A stretch of 12,729 bases of DNA, taken from assembly GCA_051747805.1 (NCBI GenBank), contig JBNJGP010000017.1:1-12729 (forward strand). The letters run 5' to 3'. The stretch comes from Candidatus Muiribacteriota bacterium. Lineage in GTDB: Bacteria > Muiribacteriota > Muiribacteriia > Muiribacteriales > Muiribacteriaceae. Under the pieces are notes generated by a model, which was given only the letters and a program-made list of their open reading frames with translations, did not search any database and was not told the origin of the DNA. How positions within the stretch are numbered: the first letter of the stretch is position 1; each line of letters begins with the position of its first letter. Below, in pieces: positions 1 to 5,820 of this stretch. The translations under genes were made by a program, and so were the position numbers.

Positions 1-28
1 TGATTTTTGAAGTAATATAATTTTAAAA

Positions 29-209
29 CGATAAGAGACGATAAGAGCCGTGAGAAGTGAGAGGTGAGAGGTGAGACGATAGAAGCCGATGAGAGCCGTG
101 AGAAGTGAGAGGTGAGAGGTGAGACGATAGAGGCCGATAAGAGCCGTGAGAAGTGAGAGGTGAGAGGTGAGAGATGAGAAGTAAGGAGACGTTAGAAGCA
201 GATTAGAGC
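29..209. repeat. Hierarchical tandem repeat: three 48-bp units (29-76, 77-124, 125-172) plus a degenerate tail to about 209
   Basis: Each unit is two 10-mers (CGATRRRRG(C/A), e.g. cgataagagc, cgatagaagc, cgatgagagc) followed by four 7-mers (CGTGAGA AGTGAGA GGTGAGA GGTGAGA). The 28-bp heptamer block is identical in all three units. The tail has gatgaga (173-179), cgttagaagc (190-199) and agattagagc (200-209). Confidence 0.95.
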
Positions 210-254
210 AAGAGCTTAAAATTTATTACGAAACAAAATAAAGCGAGTGGTCAG

Positions 255-562
255 GCCGATCTTTGTAAGCTTAAATTCAGGCTCGGCACAGACCCCGTTC
301 TGTTTCTAAACATTATTGATAATTTTTAAAGTTTTTCTGGTGACTGGCTAACACCTAATGACGAATGAAGCAGTTGCTTTTGTTTTAGACTGCTGAATTT
401 ATTCAGCATTACTTGGTCGCAGACCATTTACTTTTTTGATGTTTTATATCAAAAATTTACTTGTCCCAAACTTACTTTAAAGTAAACTCATTTAAAAGTT
501 CGTTTTTATATAATTCTTTAAAGTAAGTGTGGGACAATAACTGCTTTTATAAGCGGGTTTTT
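255..562 (+). other. Hairpin-rich non-coding segment (candidate structured RNA or ssDNA element; identity unknown)
   Basis: Consecutive stems: 255-287 (gccga/tcggc), 288-303 (acaga/tctgt), 339-355 (ggtg/cacc), 391-408 (tgctgaat/attcagca), 414-426 (tggtc-gca-gacca), 433-455, 461-537 and 541-556. No ORF in the supplied track. G-T pairs at 262/280, 441/447 and 542/555 work as wobbles only on the + strand. Confidence 0.4.
461..537. repeat. 22-bp inverted repeat with a 33-nt spacer
   Basis: 461-482 ttgtcccaaacttactttaaag versus the reverse complement of 516-537, ttgtcccacacttactttaaag: 21 of 22 identical. Confidence 0.93.
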
Positions 563-571
563 GTGATTTTT
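541..571 (+). terminator. Possible intrinsic terminator on the + strand
   Basis: Stem ctgctt (541-546), loop ttat, aagcgg (551-556), then gtttttgtgattttt. The stem is short and has one G-U pair. Confidence 0.35.
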
Positions 572-659
572 GAAGTAATACAATTTTAAGCCGATAGGAG
601 CCGAGAAGAGCCGTGAGAAGTGAGAGGTGAGGAGTGAAAAGTGAAAAAGCGATGGGAGC
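564..659. repeat. Second copy of the 1-68 sequence (direct repeat, offset 563 bp), including a fourth, degenerate 10-mer/7-mer unit
   Basis: 1-68 and 564-631 match at 62 of 68 positions with no gaps (tgatttttgaagtaataYaattttaa...gagccgtgagaagtgagaggtgag). It continues as ggtgagg agtgaaa agtgaaa and cgatgggagc (650-659). Confidence 0.92.
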
Positions 660-681
660 ATAAAAATAAGGATTTTATCTT

Positions 682-1065
682 TTAACTTTCAATTATTGCA
701 CTTATTTCAACAGCAACATTTTTTGGAAGCTTTTCAGGTTGCACACATTCTCTTGCCGGCGAATAATCATTTTTAAAGAATTTTGCATACTCTCTATTAA
801 AATCATTAAATTTATTCATATCTTTAATATAAATTGTGCTTTTAATTATATTTTCCATTTTTAAATTGTTTTCTTTCAAAAAGTTTTGAATATTATTCAT
901 TATTATTTTTGTTGCTTCTGAAGCGCTTTCTGTTTCAAGGTGACCGGTCTGCATATCAACCGGAAGTTGTCCTGATAAATAAATAATATTTCCATTCATT
1001 ACGGCAATAGAATACGGTCCAACAGGAGCAGGAAGTTTATCAGTTTTTATAACATTATTATGCAT
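682..1065 (-). CDS. ridA: RidA/YjgF/YER057c/UK114 family reactive enamine/imine deaminase
   Basis: 127 aa with family motifs PAPVGPYS, YLSGQLP, PAR (catalytic Arg) and LPK..VEI. GGAGG Shine-Dalgarno about 10 nt upstream of the ATG. Confidence 0.9.
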   Translation of the reverse strand: MHNNVIKTDKLPAPVGPYSIAVMNGNIIYLSGQLPVDMQTGHLETESASEATKIIMNNIQNFLKENNLKMENIIKSTIYIKDMNKFNDFNREYAKFFKNDYSPARECVQPEKLPKNVAVEISAIIES

Positions 1066-1104
1066 AAAATAATATCCTCCGATAATTGTATTTGAGGTAT
1101 ATAA

Positions 1105-2622
1105 ATGTATAAGAAATTTACTATTTTATCAATTATATTATTAACAATATTAGTCAGTTATGGTTATGAGCCAGAAACTCTACAGCATTATTCAGATTTC
1201 GGTAAATTTTATTTCAGGCTGGGAAGATTTGAAAAAGCTGTAGAGTACTTTGAAAAAATTCTTGCTCTTGAACCCATGAATCAAATAGCCCTTAACTATT
1301 TATCAATGATTTCAAGAGAAGCCGATTACGTTTTTGATGAGCTTCAACAGGATACTCCCGAAGTAACTCTGCGTTCAGGAGATGCTTATCAATGGTATTT
1401 AAACGGAAAAATTCAATATGAAAGAAAAAATTATGAAGATGCTGCTCAGGCTTTTATTCGAGCCTATGAGCTGGCTCCTGAAGAAGAAGCTTTCAGATAC
1501 TGGACCTTTAAAACCAAAGGTCTTTATGAGCTAGAAGAATACAAAGAATTACAGGACTTATATGAGCGGGAACAGGATTTAAAAGAAATTACCGAACAAA
1601 TAAAAGAAAATGGCAGGAAAGACGAGTTTGATTCACATCAATGGTTTGTAAATGCAAAATTTAACTATAATCATGATAAAACCTCAGAGGCCCTTAATAT
1701 GCTTGAAATTTCTCTTCTACTTAACCCTGAAAACAATAAAGCTTCTAAGCTACTTGAGGAGATTATTAGGCTGCAGCAGGAACCAACAGAAATTACTCCC
1801 TATGAGGAAGTCGAAGTTAAAGCCGAGCCATCAGGAAAATCTGTACAAATTGAAAAAGTAACTGAAAAAAAAGATACTAAAGAACCTGAACCTGAAATTA
1901 TAAATGAAGAAGAAGAAGAAGAAGAAGAAGAAGAAAAAGACAGTTTGACAATTATTGATAAAAAAATTATTTCTTCTTCGGAAATGATTACACTTGAGGA
2001 CCATATTGGAAATAATAATAAAATCATTGCAGGAATGTATGCTTTAGACAAAAAAGGGGTTAAAGTTAGAAGTGAAATAAAAAAAGAATTTGAAAAAGCA
2101 AATCAGTATAAAAATGAAGGAAAATTTGCCCTGATGACTCAACACACTGAAAGAGCATATTTAAAAGCACTTGAATATGATAAAACAGATTTACGTGCCC
2201 TTTATTATTTATATTTAATTTCACAGGAAAAAGAAGATACCGATTCCATGCAGAAATACTTTTTTTCGCTTATTGATATATTAAATAACAGATTCCATAA
2301 AAAAGGGGATTATTACAATAAGTCAAAAGAACTTATTGATAATCTTGTCTATTCAATGATTATACAGGGAGCATATACTGCATGGGTTGAAAGAACAGGT
2401 GATAAAAATTTTTCTCCTTCCACATTAGTCAATCAGGGATTTATAAAACATAAAGAAATTACCCCAGTTTATCTGTTTAACAACGCCGGGGAAAGAATAA
2501 CCTGGGAATTTACACACTTAAAAGGGCTTAATTCTTTTAAACTGGATAATGGCACTGTTGTCTCAAAACAATACGGTGTTTCACCTTTCATGGCAAGGGA
2601 ATACTATATCAGTGAAAAATAA
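1105..2622 (+). CDS. Exported tetratricopeptide-repeat (TPR) protein with an acidic linker; function unknown
   Basis: 505 aa. N-terminal signal-like peptide (MYKKFTILSIILLTILVSYG). TPR-like units: GKFYFRLGRFEKAVEYFEKILALEP, GKIQYERKNYEDAAQAFIRAYELAP, AKFNYNHDKTSEALNMLEISLLLNP, and a possible fourth near RAYLKALEYDK. GAGGT SD at 1094-1098. Confidence 0.85.
   Translation: MYKKFTILSIILLTILVSYGYEPETLQHYSDFGKFYFRLGRFEKAVEYFEKILALEPMNQIALNYLSMISREADYVFDELQQDTPEVTLRSGDAYQWYLNGKIQYERKNYEDAAQAFIRAYELAPEEEAFRYWTFKTKGLYELEEYKELQDLYEREQDLKEITEQIKENGRKDEFDSHQWFVNAKFNYNHDKTSEALNMLEISLLLNPENNKASKLLEEIIRLQQEPTEITPYEEVEVKAEPSGKSVQIEKVTEKKDTKEPEPEIINEEEEEEEEEEKDSLTIIDKKIISSSEMITLEDHIGNNNKIIAGMYALDKKGVKVRSEIKKEFEKANQYKNEGKFALMTQHTERAYLKALEYDKTDLRALYYLYLISQEKEDTDSMQKYFFSLIDILNNRFHKKGDYYNKSKELIDNLVYSMIIQGAYTAWVERTGDKNFSPSTLVNQGFIKHKEITPVYLFNNAGERITWEFTHLKGLNSFKLDNGTVVSKQYGVSPFMAREYYISEK
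1906..1935 (+). repeat. (GAA)10 trinucleotide run encoding ten glutamates
   Basis: Ten uninterrupted GAA codons in the linker of the TPR protein. Confidence 0.95.
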
Positions 2623-2689
2623 ATTCTCATTATTAAACACTTTTTTTACACCTTATCCTTTATAATCCGTTAAAAAAGCTATTTTAAAA

Positions 2690-2706
2690 TTGGCATATTT
2701 TTTGCT
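2690..2706 (+). promoter_or_regulatory. Putative sigma-54 (RpoN) -24/-12 promoter
   Basis: TTGGCATATTTTTTGCT: GG at 2692-2693, exactly 10 nt, then GC at 2704-2705. This fits the TGGCAC-N5-TTGCW consensus and lies in the intergenic gap 14 nt before the comEA-like ATG. Confidence 0.65.
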
Positions 2707-2720
2707 TTAAACAATTCATT

Positions 2721-3059
2721 ATGAATTTAAACAAGGCTGATTATTCTATAATAATTTTTTTTTCTCTGATTTTTCTCTTTATTGAGTCTATTTATTTATT
2801 TAATCACCATTACGTTGAGGCTTCTATTATTGAAACCCAACATAAAGAAATTTTCTGCAATGAAGTTCATTTATTTTTAATAAATGAAGAAAAATTAGTC
2901 AAAATATCTGGGGTGGGGCCTGTCACAGCTCAAAAAATAAAAGAGTACAGTTTAAAAAATAATACTGGTAATTTTGCTGATTTAATTAAAATTAACGGTA
3001 TTGGTATTCAAATAAAGGAAAATATACAAGATTATTATGAAAAATCTAAAAAAATCTAA
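2721..3059 (+). CDS. comEA: ComEA-like helix-hairpin-helix DNA-binding protein with an N-terminal membrane anchor
   Basis: 112 aa. Hydrophobic N-terminus, two HhH motifs (LVKISGVGPVTAQKI and LIKINGIGIQIKENI), and a 23-nt overlap with comEC. The usual ININTA motif is degenerate. Confidence 0.78.
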   Translation: MNLNKADYSIIIFFSLIFLFIESIYLFNHHYVEASIIETQHKEIFCNEVHLFLINEEKLVKISGVGPVTAQKIKEYSLKNNTGNFADLIKINGIGIQIKENIQDYYEKSKKI

Positions 3060-5046
3060 TTTATTTATTTTAAGCTGGATTTTAATTTTTATTACATATT
3101 TTTATTTAAAATATGAATCGTTTATTCCTCTGATAATTGTTTTTATTTTTTGTCTTTTAAATAGAAAAAAAGAGTTTTTTATTATACTAGTTTTATTTTT
3201 ATGCATTTTTTTTCACAATTACAACAGATTAAAATTTTCTAGTAATTATGAAGACAAAGAACTCAGAAAAACCTTCGAAGTTCTTCAAGAAATTTCTTCC
3301 TCTTCATATAAATGTAAAAACAAAGATTTTTATTTTATTTTATACTCTAATAAAAACTTAACCCCACATACCATTTATAAAGCAACTCTTTCTTTTAATA
3401 GATTAGATTTTCCAGCTAATTTTTTAACTTTTAACTACAATAATTATTTATATTCTCAGCGGATTTTTTTAAAGGCCTACGCCTCAAATATTGAGTATAA
3501 AAAAGACTCTTTTTCACTAAAAAATAAATTATTTAATTTTGCTCAAAAAAAAATAGATATAAATTCAATATCTGCGAAATTCTTTTTTTCTTTATTTTTT
3601 AATCATAGAGAATCAAAAAAGTTTCTTTATCCTTTTTTTCAAAATCTTAATATTTCACATTTTCTTGCCTTCTCTGGTATGCACTTATCATTTTTTCTTT
3701 TTATTCCTGGTTTTTTTTCAAAAAATAAAAACCTCTTAATAATTTCTGTAGAATTTTTAATTGTTGTTTTTGCCTTAATTTTATCCGCTTTTTCTCCATC
3801 AATGCTCAGAGCAGCTTCTATTTATCTGTTTTCTGTGATTTCTATTTTCCTTGAACGTGAACCATATATTGAAGACACTCTTGGCCTGTTTGGAATTTTT
3901 TTCATTCTTATAAATCCGTTTATAATTTTTTCAATGTCTTTTTTTCTTTCTTTTTTCTTTTTTTCTCTCCTTATATTCTGTAATTCTTTGCTGAAAACAA
4001 CATATATTTTTTTTCTATCAAATATCGTGCTTTTTGGTAGTGTTTCCATATTTTATCCATTTATAAATTTTATTCTTCTATTTGCTTTCCCGCTGCTGCT
4101 TGGTATATCAATAACTGGCTTTATTTTTAATATTCTGGGTATTCCTGCTTTTGTAAATAACTTTATTATTGAGGGGTTTATAAATATTTTATCTTTGCTG
4201 AACAAGGTTAACATAAGCTTTGAAGCTTCTTTTTTATTAAGAGGAGTTGCTTTTTCAATGCTAATTTTTTTTCTTTTTAAATCTAAAAAAGTTTTTTTTA
4301 TTTCTCTTACAGCTGTTTCCTGTATATTAATATATTTCTTTTTTTTCCCATATATGCTCATATTTGATACAGGTCACGGTTCTGCGCTTTTTTTAAACAC
4401 TCCTTCGGTTTCATTACTGTTTGATTCAGGAAACACGAGATATAATGCAGAAAATACCTTATATAATTTCTTTAATTTTTTTAACTTAAAAATAAATTAT
4501 AATCTAATTTCTCATTATCATTTTGACCATTATGGCTCTACACCTTATCTGGATGAAAAAAATTTAATAAAAAATATTTTCCTGCCCGAAAAAAATACAC
4601 CTTTTGTTATTAATAACAGCGATAAAAGAATTATAGAATCAAATTTATTTTATTTAATTGCTCCTTTTATTAAAGTTAAAAGTATAAGAACCGGGTTTGA
4701 AAACCTTAATGAAAATTCTTTTGCCTATTTTATAAAAATTGCAAATAAAAACATTGGAATTTTTTCTGATCAAAGTGTTTACAGCTCAAAAAAGCTTGGG
4801 GAATACCTTCCAGAAAAACTGGATTATTTTATAGTGGGTCATCACGGGGGGAAAAATTCTCTTAATAATTATTTTATAAATAAATATAAAAACGCTTTAT
4901 ATATTATTTCCTGCTCAAGCCGTTTTTCAAATCCTCATAAGAAAACTAAGGCTTTTTTAGAAAACAGAAATAAACATATAACAAGGTACGATGGTGCCTT
5001 ATTTGTTGACTTAATTACGGGGTTTAAACTGAAAGTCAGTAAATAG
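3037..5046 (+). CDS. comEC: ComEC/Rec2 DNA uptake channel with a C-terminal metallo-beta-lactamase domain
   Basis: 669 aa with many TM segments. Competence-domain motifs ISHFLAFSGMH and SPSMLRA. MBL-domain motifs FDTGHG, LFDSG, SHYHFDHYG (HxHxDH), NENS, VGHHGG and TRYDGA. Confidence 0.9.
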   Translation: MKNLKKSNLFILSWILIFITYFYLKYESFIPLIIVFIFCLLNRKKEFFIILVLFLCIFFHNYNRLKFSSNYEDKELRKTFEVLQEISSSSYKCKNKDFYFILYSNKNLTPHTIYKATLSFNRLDFPANFLTFNYNNYLYSQRIFLKAYASNIEYKKDSFSLKNKLFNFAQKKIDINSISAKFFFSLFFNHRESKKFLYPFFQNLNISHFLAFSGMHLSFFLFIPGFFSKNKNLLIISVEFLIVVFALILSAFSPSMLRAASIYLFSVISIFLEREPYIEDTLGLFGIFFILINPFIIFSMSFFLSFFFFSLLIFCNSLLKTTYIFFLSNIVLFGSVSIFYPFINFILLFAFPLLLGISITGFIFNILGIPAFVNNFIIEGFINILSLLNKVNISFEASFLLRGVAFSMLIFFLFKSKKVFFISLTAVSCILIYFFFFPYMLIFDTGHGSALFLNTPSVSLLFDSGNTRYNAENTLYNFFNFFNLKINYNLISHYHFDHYGSTPYLDEKNLIKNIFLPEKNTPFVINNSDKRIIESNLFYLIAPFIKVKSIRTGFENLNENSFAYFIKIANKNIGIFSDQSVYSSKKLGEYLPEKLDYFIVGHHGGKNSLNNYFINKYKNALYIISCSSRFSNPHKKTKAFLENRNKHITRYDGALFVDLITGFKLKVSK

Positions 5047-5047
5047 A

Positions 5048-5806
5048 CTAACTTTCAGCGCTTATTTTTATTATTTCATAAAATTTTTCGGCTTTTAAAC
5101 TGGCACCGCCCACAAGAGCTCCGTCAATATTTTCTGAACTCATATATTCCTTAGCGTTTTCAGGTTTTACACTGCCACCATACTGTATAATTAAATTTTC
5201 GGCTGTTTCGGGATTATATTTTTCCTTTACCTGATTTCTTATGAATTTACAGGCTTCTTCAGCGTCCTCTTTTTTTGCACTTTTACCAGTTCCTATTGCC
5301 CAGACAGGTTCATAGGCAATTGTTATATTTTTCATCTGCTCTTTTGTAATATTCTTTAAAGCCCCGTTTAACTGTTTTTCTAAAACAATATTTGTAATGT
5401 TCTGCTCTCTTTCTTGGAGTTTTTCGCCAACACATACAATTACCTTCATGTCATTTTCGAGGGCCTTTTTAATTCTTTTGTTTACTGTTTCTTCAGTTTC
5501 CCCAAAATACTGTCTTCTTTCTGAATGGCCTATAATAACATTATCTATACCCGCAGCTTTAAGCATATCTGCACTAATTTCACCAGTAAACGCACCATTA
5601 TCCTCATAAAAAACATTCTGAGCTATTACTTTAACATCTGTATTTTTAAGAAGTTCTCTTGCAATTGTTAAATTAACAAAGCTGGGAGCGATTCCTATAT
5701 CTACATTAACCGTTAAATCTTTTTGAGTAAATTTTGTAATAAAATCAACTGTTTCTTTAAGATTGTTGTTCATTTTCCAGTTTCCAGCTATAAATTTTTT
5801 CCTCAT
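5048..5806 (-). CDS. tpiA: Triosephosphate isomerase
   Basis: 252 aa with AGNWKMN, GHSERR, IAYEPVWAIGTG, YGGSV and LVGGASL. AGAGGGG SD upstream. Confidence 0.99.
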   Translation of the reverse strand: MRKKFIAGNWKMNNNLKETVDFITKFTQKDLTVNVDIGIAPSFVNLTIARELLKNTDVKVIAQNVFYEDNGAFTGEISADMLKAAGIDNVIIGHSERRQYFGETEETVNKRIKKALENDMKVIVCVGEKLQEREQNITNIVLEKQLNGALKNITKEQMKNITIAYEPVWAIGTGKSAKKEDAEEACKFIRNQVKEKYNPETAENLIIQYGGSVKPENAKEYMSSENIDGALVGGASLKAEKFYEIIKISAES

Positions 5807-5820
5807 AATTTTCCCCTCTT

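Noticed and set aside
29..209. CRISPR array
   Set aside because: The segments between the 28-bp blocks are only 20 bp and are near-copies of each other, not unique spacers. The repeat is itself a heptamer tandem, and no cas genes are present.
29..209. Repeat-encoded peptide (48 bp is a multiple of 3 and the minus-strand frames are open)
   Set aside because: The minus frames lack stops only because that strand is pyrimidine-rich. No start or SD was seen, and all plus frames contain stops. TGA recoding is unlikely because pgk ends in TGA.
191..560. Integron attC site, dif site, oriC, tRNA, tmRNA, SRP or RNase P RNA
   Set aside because: No properly paired RYYYAAC...GTTRRRY ends, no XerC/D consensus, no DnaA-box cluster, and none of the conserved motifs of these RNAs were recognised.
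1..631. DGR template/variable repeat pair (1-68 vs 564-631)
   Set aside because: Four of six mismatches are at A in copy 1 but two are at T. Neither copy lies in an ORF, and no reverse transcriptase is in the window.
2755..3553. Phase variation through homopolymers in comEA (T9 at 2755-2763) and comEC (A9 at 3545-3553)
   Set aside because: A/T runs of 8-9 nt are common throughout this AT-rich window, including in housekeeping genes, and both frames are intact.
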